DNA of 64,000 nt from Dehalococcoidia bacterium. Its GTDB lineage: Bacteria; Chloroflexota; Dehalococcoidia; SHYB01. Below the pieces are notes generated by a model, which worked only from the letters and a program-made list of their open reading frames with translations, was not told the DNA's origin and searched no databases. Numbering within the stretch: position 1 is the first letter of the stretch; each line of letters opens with the position of its first letter. The DNA lies in contig OZ242299.1 of NCBI GenBank assembly GCA_965207995.1, positions 592,064-656,063 of the forward strand, in the 5' to 3' direction. Positions 45,607 to 56,198 of the stretch are shown here, in pieces. The position numbers and the translations under genes were made by a program.

Positions 45607-46857
45607 GTGCCGGGCCGCATCTTCTACGGCTGGTGGATCGCCGGCGCGGCCGCCGTGCTCGCCGCGATGGGCATGGGGTTCATCGCCTTCGGCTTCGGCG
45701 TCTTCCTCCTGCCGCTCGAAGCCGAGTTCAACACCACGCGCAGCCAGATCTCGCTGATCGCGGCGTTCACCGCGCTGGAGGGCGCGGCGCTGGGCCCCCT
45801 CCAGGGTCACTTCGTCGACCGGTACGGGCCGCGCCCCGTCATGTTCCTCGGCATCTTCCTCGGCGGCCTCGGCTTCATCCTGCTCAGCTTCGCCGAGACG
45901 CTGGCCCTCGTCTTCGTCTTCTGGATCCTGTTCGTCGCCGTCGGCAACGGGATGGGGCTCATCTCCCCGCCGCTCACCGCGATCGCCCGATGGTTCAACC
46001 GGCACCGCGGCATCGCCTTCGGCATCGCCGGCACGGGCATGAGCCTGGGCGCGCTCCTCGTGCGCTTCGTCGACGCGCTCATCGAGGGCGCGGACTGGCG
46101 GATGGCGGCCCGCGTGCTCGGCATCATCATCATCGCCGTCGGCCTGCCCCTCGCCGCCATGATGCGCTCGCGGCCCCAGGACTACGGCCAGCTTCCCGAC
46201 GGCGCCGCCGCCCCGCCCGGGTCGGCGCCCCAGGCCACGGCGACCGGATTCTCCGTCGGGGAGGCCGTCCGTACCAAGTCGTTCTGGCTCATGAGCGCCT
46301 CCTTCGGCTTCAGGAACGCCATCATCACCACCATGACGACGCACTTCGTGGCGGCGATGGTCGAGGACCGCGACCTCACCTCAGCGACGGCGGCCGAGAT
46401 CATCGGGCTGGGCGGCCTTCTCGGCATCGCAGGGCGGTTGGGCGGCGGCTTGCTCATCGACCGGCTCAATCCCCGGTACGTGGCGACGGGCATCGCCCTG
46501 ATGCTCGCCGGATCGATGTGGCTCCTACTCTGGGCCCACGAGCTGTGGCAGGTCGCCCTCTTCATGGTTGTCTACGCCTTCTCCTGGGGCGCCGGAGGGA
46601 GCACAATGTTCGCCCTTCGAGCGACCTACTTCGGCACCAGGAGCTTCGCCACGATCTCGGGCCTCATGATCACGGTGCAGACCCTCTGCGGCCTCGCCGG
46701 CGTCACCGCCGCCGGCATCGTCTTCGACCTCCGCGGCAGCTACGACCTTGCCTTCGCCGGCCTCATCGTCGTCGGCGCGCTCGGCGCAGTCACCATGTTC
46801 CTCGCGCGCCAGCCCAAGCCGCCGGACGGCAGGAACCTCAGCTTCGCGCCGGAGTAG
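45607..46857 (+). CDS. MFS transporter
   Basis: 12 TM helices; MFS motifs; GTG start. Confidence 0.8.
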   Translation: MPGRIFYGWWIAGAAAVLAAMGMGFIAFGFGVFLLPLEAEFNTTRSQISLIAAFTALEGAALGPLQGHFVDRYGPRPVMFLGIFLGGLGFILLSFAETLALVFVFWILFVAVGNGMGLISPPLTAIARWFNRHRGIAFGIAGTGMSLGALLVRFVDALIEGADWRMAARVLGIIIIAVGLPLAAMMRSRPQDYGQLPDGAAAPPGSAPQATATGFSVGEAVRTKSFWLMSASFGFRNAIITTMTTHFVAAMVEDRDLTSATAAEIIGLGGLLGIAGRLGGGLLIDRLNPRYVATGIALMLAGSMWLLLWAHELWQVALFMVVYAFSWGAGGSTMFALRATYFGTRSFATISGLMITVQTLCGLAGVTAAGIVFDLRGSYDLAFAGLIVVGALGAVTMFLARQPKPPDGRNLSFAPE

Positions 46858-46938
46858 GCGCCTTAAACCTCTCCCCCTCTGGGGGAGATTGAGAGAGGGC
46901 GCGCGCCGTCAGGCGCGCGGGTAGGGAAAGCCGAAAGG

Positions 46939-49371
46939 CTAGCCCGCCGGCGTGGCCGGCGAGCTGTGGTGCCAGACGGCGATGCCCCGCTCGGCGAGCG
47001 AGCGGAGCTCATCGTCGGCGTAGCCGACCTCGCGGAGGACGGAGGCGGTGTCGTAGCCGAAGGGGGCGGCGATCTCGGAGCGGCCCGGCGTCCGCGACAG
47101 CTTGACTGGCGGCCCTTGGCGCCACATCGACCAGCCCTCGTGATGCTCGTGGTGGACGCGGAGCCCGCACGCCTCGACGACGGGGTCGGTGAGGAAGAAC
47201 TCCTCCTGGTCGCCGGTGTCGGCGCGGACGCAGGCGACGCCGGCGGCGCGGAGGTCGGCCTCCCATTCGTCGGCGCTACGGGTGGCAAATACCATGGAAA
47301 GATCGGCGACGAGCTGGTCGTCGAAGCGGGCGCGGGCTTCCGTCGTGTCGAAGCGCGGATCGGCGGGCAGGTCGAGCGCCCGGCGCAGGCGGTCCCAGTC
47401 GTCGCCGGTCGGTGCTTCGAGGAAGACCCAGCCCTCCTTGGCCCGGTAGAGGCGGCTCAGCGCGTGCGTGCCGCGCAGCGCGCGGTCGAGCTCGCGCCGC
47501 GCCGGCTTACCCTCGTAGCGGATGAAGTCGTCGGAGCACATGTAGCAGTTGCTCATCACCATCGTCGTCTCGAGGTACTGGCCCTTGCCGGTGCGCTGCC
47601 GGTGGTAGAGGGCCATGGCGAGCGCGGCCCCGACGGCGAGCGCCGACGTGACGTCGGGGGAGCCTTCGTTGGCGCGTCGCAGCCGCTCGCCCTGGGCGAT
47701 GATCTCGTCGACGCCCATCTCGACGTCGTTGGGCGGCGGCTCATTGCCCCGGCCCACCTGCCACCACTGGCCGCCGCTCAGCGCTCCGCCGATGGGGTGG
47801 AAGGCGGCGCGGCCCGCGCCGGGCCCCGTCGAGCCGTAGGAGCCGGCGTAGTGGTAGATGATCGAGGGATTGATGGTGCGCACCGTCTCGTAGTCGATGC
47901 CGCATCGCTCCGGCGCCTGACCCCGCATGTTGTGCATCAGCGCGTCGGCCTTGGCGACGAGCTTGTGCACCGCGGCGCGGCCCTCCTCCGTCTTGAGGTC
48001 GATGACGACGCTCTCCTTGCCCTGGAAGGTGAAGCCGAGGCCGTTGCTCATGGGGCGGAACTCGTCGCCGCCGGGCGGCTCGATCTTGATGACCCGCGCG
48101 CCGAGGCCGGCGAGCAGCGTGGTGCCCACCGGTGCGGCGAGCCACGTCGAGAAGTCGAGGATGGTCGTGCCTTCGAGGGGCGGCGCGGACGGGGGTGCGC
48201 CATCGACCGGCGGCGGGAGTGGGAGAGGGTCGGGCAGCGGGTCGGCGTCGTGCTCGCCGAGCAGCGGCGCGGGCGCGCCGATGACCGACGGCGTGTCGGA
48301 GAACTTGATCAGCGGGCCGATCTGCTGCGTCGCCCCGGCGGCGGGATCGTCGATCTCGACGACGCCGCCGTTGTGCAGCACCACCGGATGGTCCATCGCC
48401 TGCTGCGTACTGATGATCTTGTCGGCGGCCACGCCTTTCTCCTGGAAGACGTCGAGCCACTCGTCGGCGGTCTTGGTGAGCATCGCCGAGACGATCATGC
48501 GGTGCAGGTGGATCTGGTCGCCGAGGTCCTTCCACCCGAAGGGCGCACCGGCGAAGCGGGGATCGTCGTAGATGTGGCTGAGGCCCATGGCGTCGATCCA
48601 GAGCGGAAAGAGGCGGGCGGCCATGTTCGCCATCTGGAGCCACTGGCCGTCCTTGCACCGGACGACCATGTAGGGGAAGTTGACCGAGCCGCCGGCGCGC
48701 GCCGGGCCCGGCGGCTCCGTCACCGGCCCGAGCAGCCCCTTGTCGACCTGCCGCCGCACCGAGCTGAACATGTCGTAGGCGGTGACCGAGCCGTACATGC
48801 TCGCTTCGAGGTGCTGTCCGAGCCCGGTGCGCTCCCGCGAGATGAGCGCCGCGGAGACGGCTTGGAGCAGTGTATTGACCGTGGCCCACGACGCGTTCGG
48901 ACGCACGCGCAAGGAGGGCTCATCGCGGCCCACCTCGACCTGGAACTTGAGCGGGACGCCGCCCTTGGCCTCGACAATGGAACCGTAGGGCGGGAGGTCG
49001 GCGTAGTCGCCGTCGGCGGCGAAGGCGACGATCGAGGCGTGGATGAGGCGCGGGTTGATCTCGGCCAGGCGCGCGGGGTCAAGGCCGAGCCGGGCCGCGT
49101 CGGCGTTGCGGGCGCTCTCCACGACCACGTCGACACGGCGCGCGAAGTCGTCGAGCCGGGTGCGGCCCGTTTCGCTCTCGAGGTCGAGCACGATCCCCCG
49201 CTTGCCGCGGTTCCACATGATCCACGCGGGCATCGACCGGAAGGGGTCGCCGCCGGGGCGCTCGGCCTTGATGACCTCCGCGCCGTTGTCGGCCATGATC
49301 ATCGTGGCGAGGCTGCCCGCCATCCCCTCCGACAGATCGAGAACGCGGATACCCTCGAAGATCGTGCTCAT
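46939..49371 (-). CDS. Tandem-duplicated (fused) family III CoA-transferase (CaiB/BaiF-type)
   Basis: Two complete CoA-transferase III units: 'IRVLDLS.GMAGS...GAEVIKAERPGGDPFR' and 'TTILDFSTWLAAP...GARVIKIEPPGGDEFR'. Confidence 0.85.
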   Translation of the reverse strand: MSTIFEGIRVLDLSEGMAGSLATMIMADNGAEVIKAERPGGDPFRSMPAWIMWNRGKRGIVLDLESETGRTRLDDFARRVDVVVESARNADAARLGLDPARLAEINPRLIHASIVAFAADGDYADLPPYGSIVEAKGGVPLKFQVEVGRDEPSLRVRPNASWATVNTLLQAVSAALISRERTGLGQHLEASMYGSVTAYDMFSSVRRQVDKGLLGPVTEPPGPARAGGSVNFPYMVVRCKDGQWLQMANMAARLFPLWIDAMGLSHIYDDPRFAGAPFGWKDLGDQIHLHRMIVSAMLTKTADEWLDVFQEKGVAADKIISTQQAMDHPVVLHNGGVVEIDDPAAGATQQIGPLIKFSDTPSVIGAPAPLLGEHDADPLPDPLPLPPPVDGAPPSAPPLEGTTILDFSTWLAAPVGTTLLAGLGARVIKIEPPGGDEFRPMSNGLGFTFQGKESVVIDLKTEEGRAAVHKLVAKADALMHNMRGQAPERCGIDYETVRTINPSIIYHYAGSYGSTGPGAGRAAFHPIGGALSGGQWWQVGRGNEPPPNDVEMGVDEIIAQGERLRRANEGSPDVTSALAVGAALAMALYHRQRTGKGQYLETTMVMSNCYMCSDDFIRYEGKPARRELDRALRGTHALSRLYRAKEGWVFLEAPTGDDWDRLRRALDLPADPRFDTTEARARFDDQLVADLSMVFATRSADEWEADLRAAGVACVRADTGDQEEFFLTDPVVEACGLRVHHEHHEGWSMWRQGPPVKLSRTPGRSEIAAPFGYDTASVLREVGYADDELRSLAERGIAVWHHSSPATPAG

Positions 49372-49380
49372 GCCGTTGGT

Positions 49381-50253
49381 CTAGGCCTCCTTGCCCTGGG
49401 ACAGCTCAGGCCAGAGACGGAGCGCCGTCCCGCCGAGGTACGCCGCGCGGTCGGCGGACGAAAGCCCAGCAGTGGCCTCCTCCGCCAGCCCCAACAGCTC
49501 AGCGTAGGAGCGGTCGTGCGTCTGGGAGTAGTCCGAGCCCCACATCAGGCGATCCGAGCCGAAGCGCTCGACGAGCGTCTCCATGAACTGGCGCGCGCCG
49601 CTCGCTTCCTCGGCCCGTTCCAGAAGGTTCGACGACACCTTCAGGTTCAGGTTGGGGAAGTCGACGAGGGCGAAGTGCTCCGGCGCGTTCACGTAGGGCG
49701 GCCCGCCCTCGAGGTTGGGAAAGGCGAAGTGGTCGAGGGCGACCGGGATGTCCGGGTAGCGTTGTAGGATATTCCGAAGCTGCCCCAGCTGGTTGGGCAA
49801 CATCGCGATCACGACGGGCATGCCAAGCTCCGCCGCCGTCTCCCATACGGGGAAGGAACTCGGCGCATCGAGCCACGTCGCGAGCGGCTTGGTGATGGTG
49901 AAGAGCCGCACGGCCCGCGCCCCGCGCTCGGCCCAGGAGCGGAGCGTGCCGGCGGGGTCCGGCGCCTCCAGGTCGACGATGACCACGCTGGAGAAGCGGT
50001 TGGGATAGACCGAGGCCGAGTCGACGACGTAGGCGTTGTCGTAGGAGTAGGCGCCCATGGCCTGGACGAGGAGCGCGCCGTCGACCCCTGCGCCGTCCAT
50101 GACCTCCAAGAGCTGCTCGGCGCTGGCGGGGACGTCCTCGAACCAGGACGCCGGGCGGCGGTCGTCGCCGGTCCCCTGGTCGAGCCCGTAGGGCTGCAAG
50201 GGGTACTTCGCTTTGTCGGGGGCGATGATGTGGGAATGGGTGTCGATGATCAT
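49381..50253 (-). CDS. Amidohydrolase-family (TIM-barrel metal-dependent hydrolase) protein
   Basis: 'MIIDTHSHI' metal-binding start; amidohydrolase-2-like length. Confidence 0.75.
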   Translation of the reverse strand: MIIDTHSHIIAPDKAKYPLQPYGLDQGTGDDRRPASWFEDVPASAEQLLEVMDGAGVDGALLVQAMGAYSYDNAYVVDSASVYPNRFSSVVIVDLEAPDPAGTLRSWAERGARAVRLFTITKPLATWLDAPSSFPVWETAAELGMPVVIAMLPNQLGQLRNILQRYPDIPVALDHFAFPNLEGGPPYVNAPEHFALVDFPNLNLKVSSNLLERAEEASGARQFMETLVERFGSDRLMWGSDYSQTHDRSYAELLGLAEEATAGLSSADRAAYLGGTALRLWPELSQGKEA

Positions 50254-50459
50254 GCGGCGGCCCTCATGGCTTCACTTGTAGGCCCTTGAAGCGCCCTTTG
50301 CGGCGCACGAGCCCGCATAGGGTAGCGCCCCTTGAGTCCGAGGCCAACCGCGCCGGGCAGGCGACGCGGCCTCCTTCTGTAAGGCCGTGTCCGAGCGCGT
50401 GATAGACTCGCTCCGCGCTCCCGCCTTACACGGCGGCGCGGGCGCTTGAAGGAGCCCCT

Positions 50460-51749
50460 TTGTTCCGAAGCCGCAAGCAGCGCACGTCCGAGCCTTCTCC
50501 TCCCCGGACGCAGCGCAGCCTCCCACGATCCGGCGGGACCCAAGCCTCCGTACGCGACGCGCTGGGCGACCCCCAGTTCCGCCGCTACAACCTCAGCTTC
50601 GGGGCGAGCGCGCTCGGCTTCACCTCCACCATCGTCGTCACCGGCTGGCTGATGTACGACCTGACCGGCTCGACGTTCCAACTCGGCGCGGTGATGTTCG
50701 TCCTCGGCGCGGTGCAGGCGGTCATTGCGCCCATCGGCGGCGTCGTCGCCGACCGTCTGGACCGGCAGAACTGGATCGTCGGGTCGCAGGGCGTCAACAT
50801 GATCGGCGTCGTCGTCGTGGGAACCATCGTGGCGACGGGCAACGTCGAGACGTGGCACCTCTACGTGCACGCCGGCCTCTTTGGGGCGGTCGCCGCGGTG
50901 CACATGCCCACGCGGCAGGCCTACCTCTTCGACATCGTGGGCAAGCGGGCCATCGCCAGCGCCATGGCGATCAACCAATCGACGGTCAGCGTCATCCGCC
51001 TCAGCTCGCCGGCCCTCTCAGGGCTCCTGATCGCGGGGGCCGGTCCGCAGAGCGTCTACTTCCTGGCCACGGGCGGCTACATCCTCTCGATGTTCATCGT
51101 GAAGTTCCTCGTGCGCCGCCAGGAGCGGCCGCCGGTGCGCGCGAAGGAAACGCCGTTCGAGACCATGAAGCAGGGCTTCGCTTACGTGCGGCGGGACAAG
51201 GCGATCTTCTGGGTGCTCATGGCGCTCGTCACGGGCACCGCCGTCGGCCTGCCTTTCCGTGAGCTGATGCCGGCCTACGCCGAGGACATCATGGGCTTGG
51301 GGCCGCGCGGCTTCGGCCTGCTGCTGATGATGCTCGGCGTCGGCGCGCTGGCGGGCAGCATCGCGATCACCGCCACGGCGAACCGGCTGCACAAGGGCCG
51401 GTTGCTCATCGCGGCGACACTGGTGTGGGGCGTGGCGCTGATCGGGCTGTCGGCCGCGCCGAACCTGGCGGTCGCGATACCCGTGATCATCGGGCTGGGC
51501 GCCCTGAGCATGGGGCTACTCATCGTGGCGAACATCCTGGCGCAGACCTATGTGGAGGAGGAGTTCCGGGGCCGCGTGATGAGCTTCATGATGCTCTCCT
51601 TTTCGGCGCTGCCCGTCGGCTCCCTGCTCTTGGGGTCGATCGCCGAGTTCATCGGCCTGCGCTGGTCGCTCGCCATTTCCGGCGCCGCCCTCCTGACGAT
51701 GATGACCTACCTCGGGGCCGTCCGCGGCGAGCTGCGCAGCCTCCGCTAG
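50460..51749 (+). CDS. MFS transporter (EntS/MFS_3-like)
   Basis: 12 TM helices; start uncertain (TTG). Confidence 0.75.
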   Translation: MFRSRKQRTSEPSPPRTQRSLPRSGGTQASVRDALGDPQFRRYNLSFGASALGFTSTIVVTGWLMYDLTGSTFQLGAVMFVLGAVQAVIAPIGGVVADRLDRQNWIVGSQGVNMIGVVVVGTIVATGNVETWHLYVHAGLFGAVAAVHMPTRQAYLFDIVGKRAIASAMAINQSTVSVIRLSSPALSGLLIAGAGPQSVYFLATGGYILSMFIVKFLVRRQERPPVRAKETPFETMKQGFAYVRRDKAIFWVLMALVTGTAVGLPFRELMPAYAEDIMGLGPRGFGLLLMMLGVGALAGSIAITATANRLHKGRLLIAATLVWGVALIGLSAAPNLAVAIPVIIGLGALSMGLLIVANILAQTYVEEEFRGRVMSFMMLSFSALPVGSLLLGSIAEFIGLRWSLAISGAALLTMMTYLGAVRGELRSLR

Positions 51750-51768
51750 CGGCGGGCGCTACGCTACA

Positions 51769-52539
51769 ATGCCCGCCGCCGGCGCGCCCGCCCCAGAACC
51801 GATGGACTACACCGCAGACGAAGTCGCCATCCCGACGAACGCGGGAGACGTCGAGGGCTTCCTCGCCGTCCCCGATGGCGCCGGGCCGCACCCCGGCGTC
51901 ATCGTCCTCCACGAGGTCTTTGGCTTCACCGACTACCCCCGCGACGTCGCCCGCCGCTTCGCGCAGATGGGCTACGCCGCGCTCGCCATCAACCTCTTCT
52001 CCCGCCTCGCCACCATGGAGGAGCTGCGCGACCGAGAGACGCAGTCGTGGTGCTACTGGATGCTCGACGACCCGCAGGCGGTGCGGGACATGGAGGCCGG
52101 CATGGAGATGCTGCGCCGGCAGCCGTCAGTCGATGCCGACGCCATCGGCGTCGCCGGCTTCTCGATGGGCGGGCGCATCGCGCTCCTCTTCGCCACCTAT
52201 GCCGCCGACCTTGGCGCCTGCGTCGACGTCTACGGCGGGGCCATCTATCACCACCTCACGCGGGAGAAGCCGGAGCACCCCCTCGACCGGTTCAGGCACA
52301 TCAAGTGCCCCGTCCTCGCCATCGTTGCCGACGACGACCCGTTGATCTCAATCAAGGACCGCGACCGGATGCGCGGCGAGCTTGAGCGTTGGGACATCCC
52401 GCACGAATGGGTCGTGTTCGACGGCGGGAAGCACAGCTTCATGAACCACACGATCCCCAAGGCCTACGACCACGAGCGCAGCGAGCGCGCCTGGGGGCTC
52501 ATCGACCGGTTCCTCAGCGAGCACCTGCGCTCCGGCTAG
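51769..52539 (+). CDS. Dienelactone hydrolase family protein
   Basis: 'GVIVLHEVFG' and 'GVAGFSMGG' nucleophile elbow; DLH-like length. Confidence 0.8.
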   Translation: MPAAGAPAPEPMDYTADEVAIPTNAGDVEGFLAVPDGAGPHPGVIVLHEVFGFTDYPRDVARRFAQMGYAALAINLFSRLATMEELRDRETQSWCYWMLDDPQAVRDMEAGMEMLRRQPSVDADAIGVAGFSMGGRIALLFATYAADLGACVDVYGGAIYHHLTREKPEHPLDRFRHIKCPVLAIVADDDPLISIKDRDRMRGELERWDIPHEWVVFDGGKHSFMNHTIPKAYDHERSERAWGLIDRFLSEHLRSG

Positions 52540-53180
52540 GTGAGCCGGGTGTAGGGGATGTTGCACCAGAGGCGCAGCGATTTCGGCGTCTTGCTCAGCG
52601 TCGGCGGGATAGGGCCGCGGGACCGGCCGGCGTCGTCGTTGGGGTTCTCGTAGACCACCAGGTACTTCGCCTGCCAGGGCTTGGGGTTGATCGCCGCGTA
52701 GCGGGCGCAGCCGGTGTGCCGGCGGTGCTCCATGACCTCGTGGACGTGCACCTCGTCGTACCACTTGTTGAAGTCGGCCTCGGCGTCCGGATCGACGCAG
52801 TCGGTCATCACGAGCACGACACTCCCCGCCCGGGGCCGGCCGGCCTCGCCGAATTCGGAGAGCTTGGTGTAGGTCCCGTTGAGCGCACGCACGGAGGACG
52901 GGCGCGGCTCGGCGGAGTGTGCGGCGATGGCCTTCCCAAGCTCCACCTGCGCCTGGTCGGCGTCGGCGCGCGGCGTCTGGTAGAGCGAGAGATAGCGCGT
53001 CTCCGCGGGAGCCTGGGCCTGGCCGAAGACGTGGAAGCGGTCGGCGGTGGTGAAGAGACCGGAGCCGAGGATGGCGGGCCGGTGCTCCTTGTCCTGCCAG
53101 CGGTTCCAATCGTCCTCTTGGTCCGGCACCGCCGGTGAATTCATGACGATCATCAGCCCGCTGTGTTCGGTCCCGTCCAT
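52536..53180 (-). CDS. Hypothetical protein with two internal ~90-aa repeats (possibly EthD/Dabb-like alpha+beta barrels)
   Basis: Repeated 'E(D/A)D(W/F)N(R/K)W.D.EH' blocks; family uncertain. Confidence 0.45.
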   Translation of the reverse strand: MDGTEHSGLMIVMNSPAVPDQEDDWNRWQDKEHRPAILGSGLFTTADRFHVFGQAQAPAETRYLSLYQTPRADADQAQVELGKAIAAHSAEPRPSSVRALNGTYTKLSEFGEAGRPRAGSVVLVMTDCVDPDAEADFNKWYDEVHVHEVMEHRRHTGCARYAAINPKPWQAKYLVVYENPNDDAGRSRGPIPPTLSKTPKSLRLWCNIPYTRLT

Positions 53181-53340
53181 GGCGCGCCTCCGGCGGAACG
53201 TCTCGATCCGTCCCCGCCCCAGGCGCCGAGTATGGCGCGGGCCGCGACGGTGTCAAGCGGGGAGGGCTGCAACGCGGCATGGCATACTACGCGCCCGGCA
53301 CACGCATACACCAAGCGGCCCTGCGCGGAAGGAGACGGCG

Positions 53341-54000
53341 ATGATTCGGCGAACGATGCTCTTCACGGTGCGCGACGACGCCCCCGCGGCGGACGTGGAC
53401 CATCTCGAAGCCCTCACTCGCGCCACGGTAGGCGAGATCGAGGGCGTCGCGCGGATCGGGCTGGGGCGCAACGAGGCGCCCGGCCCCTGGTCGCACGTCT
53501 GGGACATGGACGTCGCCGACCTCGAGACCGTCCGGCGCTACGGGCCGAGTCCCTACCACATGGACTTCCTCGTCCCGCTCTACAACCCCGCCTCGGAAAC
53601 GGCCGTGGTGAGCAGGCTCGATTACCTCTGGTACGAGCCCATCGCCTCAGTCGCCGAGGGCGCCGACGACCCCATCCGCCGCGTCATGTTCTTCCAGATG
53701 GACGACGCCGCCACCGAGGCCCAGACCACCGAGTTGGAGGATCTGCTGCAGGAGCTTGGCCGGCGCGTCGACGGCCTCCCTAACTGGGCTGTCTCTCGCC
53801 GCCTATCGGAGGGCAACCGGTCGGGGTGGACGCACTGCTGGGAGACCGAGTTCGACGGTCCCGCCGGCCTCAAGGCCTATAGTGACGACGTCTTTCACCG
53901 CGAGACCGTCACGCCCTATTTCCTCGACCCCGAGAAGAAGATCGTCAAAGGAGCGGCCCTGGGGATCTACCGCCCCGGCGCTACCCTCATCGCCAGCTAG
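53341..54000 (+). CDS. Tandem Dabb (stress-responsive alpha/beta-barrel) domain protein
   Basis: Two Dabb units each ending in a 'Y..HP.H/F..FL' type motif. GGAAGGAG RBS before the ATG at 53341. The track ORF 53047..54000 is over-extended. Confidence 0.65.
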   Translation: MIRRTMLFTVRDDAPAADVDHLEALTRATVGEIEGVARIGLGRNEAPGPWSHVWDMDVADLETVRRYGPSPYHMDFLVPLYNPASETAVVSRLDYLWYEPIASVAEGADDPIRRVMFFQMDDAATEAQTTELEDLLQELGRRVDGLPNWAVSRRLSEGNRSGWTHCWETEFDGPAGLKAYSDDVFHRETVTPYFLDPEKKIVKGAALGIYRPGATLIAS

Positions 54001-54009
54001 CGCGCGGCG

Positions 54010-54966
54010 CTACGACGTCAACCGCGCCCAGTTTTCCTTGCCGATCAGGATCAGGTCGAGGTCGGGCAGGGGCAGCCTCCAAAAGCCGTCCCGCGACGCC
54101 TTGGCGTCGGCGAACGGCCAGCCGCTGGCGAAGAGGACCCGCTCCGCGCCGATGCGCCCGATCAGCGCGGCGAGCTTGCGGGCGGCGAGCTCCGCAGTGC
54201 CGGGAGGGGCGGCGTCGGAAGGTTCGGCAACGAGCGGCGGCAGCGCGAACGAGAGATCGACGCAGGCGTCGGGCAGGCGGCCGATCGTTTCCAGCAGGTC
54301 GCGCTCGCCGGCGTCGGCAAGCTCGGGAGTCCAGCCCAGCGCCCCGAACACGACTCGCGCGCGAGGGAAATCGCGCAGCGTCCACCCGAACGTCACCGGC
54401 CTGCCGAGGGTTGAGTCGCCGCCGGCGTGGTAGGCGGGAGGCGCGCAGAGAATGGGCGCGCCGACGTCCTGGCAGTAGTCGAAGAGGGCATGGTAGCGGC
54501 GGTCCCTGCCGTCGATGCCAGCACTGGCCGGCGAGATGAAGATCGCCGAGGCGCCGGCGCGCAGCCGGGCCTCCGCCTCCTCCAGCATCTCGCGCTCGGT
54601 CATGCGGGCGGGGTCGACGCCGCAGGAGACGGCCAGATCCTCCCGCTCCACGGCTTCGGCGAGGGCCGCCGCGTTGCGCTCGGCGATGGCCTCGAGATAG
54701 TCGGCGGCGGCCTCTTCCTCCCTGGCGATGGGATTGGGGTCGTGCTCGGGAATGGCGTCGATCCGCGCCTGATAGGGTGCCCACGGAACGTGGACGACGC
54801 CGTTGACCCCGACCACGTCCGGGCCGCGGGCCTCCAGTAGCGCGTCGAAGGCGGCGCCGAGGTCTTCATCCTCGTCGTCAGACACGCCGCCGTCGAGCGC
54901 CGCGAGGGCGCGCTCGCGGGTGGGGAAGGGGTAGGCGTGGGCGTCGGTTATGTCGAGATCGGGCAT
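54010..54966 (-). CDS. Amidohydrolase-2-like TIM-barrel protein (low certainty)
   Basis: Length and scattered metal-ligand His/Asp positions; weak assignment. Confidence 0.45.
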   Translation of the reverse strand: MPDLDITDAHAYPFPTRERALAALDGGVSDDEDEDLGAAFDALLEARGPDVVGVNGVVHVPWAPYQARIDAIPEHDPNPIAREEEAAADYLEAIAERNAAALAEAVEREDLAVSCGVDPARMTEREMLEEAEARLRAGASAIFISPASAGIDGRDRRYHALFDYCQDVGAPILCAPPAYHAGGDSTLGRPVTFGWTLRDFPRARVVFGALGWTPELADAGERDLLETIGRLPDACVDLSFALPPLVAEPSDAAPPGTAELAARKLAALIGRIGAERVLFASGWPFADAKASRDGFWRLPLPDLDLILIGKENWARLTS

Positions 54967-55063
54967 GGCGTGCCCCTAGAATACGCCCGCGAAACACGGC
55001 GGCAAAGACGGCGAAGAGACGCGTGCTATACTCGCGCCGCTTCCTCTTGGCTAGGGATGTTTC

Positions 55064-56188
55064 ATGGCGAAGACGGGCCGCGACTACCAGGTGATTTCGG
55101 CCGACTCGCACGTCGTCGAGCCCCCCGATCTTTGGGACGTCTGGCTGGAATCGAAGTTTCGTCCCAACGCCCCCAAGCTGATGAAGGACCCCGCCGGGGG
55201 CGACGCCTGGCTCTACGACCCCAAGGGCAAGCCCGAGCCGTTGGGGCTCGTGACCGTCATGGGGCGCAAGTTCGAGGACTTCAGCTGGAACGGCGTCCGC
55301 TACGGCCACGAGATCCGGCCCGCCTGCTACGAAGGCGAAGCCCGCATCGCAGCCCTCGACGAGGATGGCGTCGACGCCGAGTTCCTCTACCCGCCGATGC
55401 GCGCCATCGCCACGTTCATGGGATACGAGGACGCCGACCTCCAGCTTGCCGGCATCCGGGCCTACAACCGCTGGGTCCGCGAAGGCTTCTGCGCCGCCGA
55501 CCCCGAACGGCTCTTCCCCATCGCGGCGATCCCCAACGTGGGGATCGAGGCGTCCGTCGCCGAGCTATACGCCCTGCGGAAGGCGGGGTTCCGGGGCGTC
55601 ATGCTGAAGGCGTGGCCGTCGGGCGGCGAGGCGCTGAGCGAGGCCGACGACCCGTTCTGGGCCGCCGCCGAGGAGACGGAGACGCCGGTGAGCCTGCACG
55701 TCTGGCTGGCGAGCCAGCTCGATAAGCAGCGCCCCTTCGCGCCGGGCGTCAAGCCCGCCGTCGGCGCCACCAACTTCAAGCACACCATGGAGCTCATGGT
55801 GGAGATGATCTTCAGCGGAGTCTTCGACCGCTACCCCGATCTGAAGATCGTTGCGGCGGAGTGCGGCGCGGGATGGATTCCCTTCTTCATGTACGAGCTC
55901 GACGACCGCTACTGGCGCAACCGCACCTGGTCGGGCCTCACGTTGAAGAAGCTCCCCAGCCGCTACTTCAAGGACAACTGGACGGTCACGTTCATCCAAG
56001 ACCGCATGGCGATCGAGAACCGCTACGACGTCGGCATCGACAACATGTGCTGGTCCACCGACTTCCCCCACCACCCCAACGACTGGCCCTACTCGCGCAA
56101 GGTGATCGAGGAGCACTTCGTCAACGTGCCCGAGGCCGAGAAGCGCCGCATCGTGTGCGATAACGCCGTCGACCTCTACGGCCTCTAG
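55064..56188 (+). CDS. Amidohydrolase-2 family protein (ACMSD-like decarboxylase/hydrolase)
   Basis: 'VISADSHVVEP' metal motif; 'WSTDFPH' C-terminal motif. Confidence 0.8.
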   Translation: MAKTGRDYQVISADSHVVEPPDLWDVWLESKFRPNAPKLMKDPAGGDAWLYDPKGKPEPLGLVTVMGRKFEDFSWNGVRYGHEIRPACYEGEARIAALDEDGVDAEFLYPPMRAIATFMGYEDADLQLAGIRAYNRWVREGFCAADPERLFPIAAIPNVGIEASVAELYALRKAGFRGVMLKAWPSGGEALSEADDPFWAAAEETETPVSLHVWLASQLDKQRPFAPGVKPAVGATNFKHTMELMVEMIFSGVFDRYPDLKIVAAECGAGWIPFFMYELDDRYWRNRTWSGLTLKKLPSRYFKDNWTVTFIQDRMAIENRYDVGIDNMCWSTDFPHHPNDWPYSRKVIEEHFVNVPEAEKRRIVCDNAVDLYGL

Positions 56189-56198
56189 GCCGCGCGCC

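Noticed and set aside
46966-49767. 933-aa plus-strand ORF opposite the CoA-transferase gene, and 47741..48889
   Set aside because: Antisense open frame in GC-rich DNA with no domain signatures.
53047-54000. 317-aa version of the Dabb gene
   Set aside because: The upstream 98 aa are R/P-rich and overlap the divergent gene's promoter. There is a strong RBS before the ATG at 53341.
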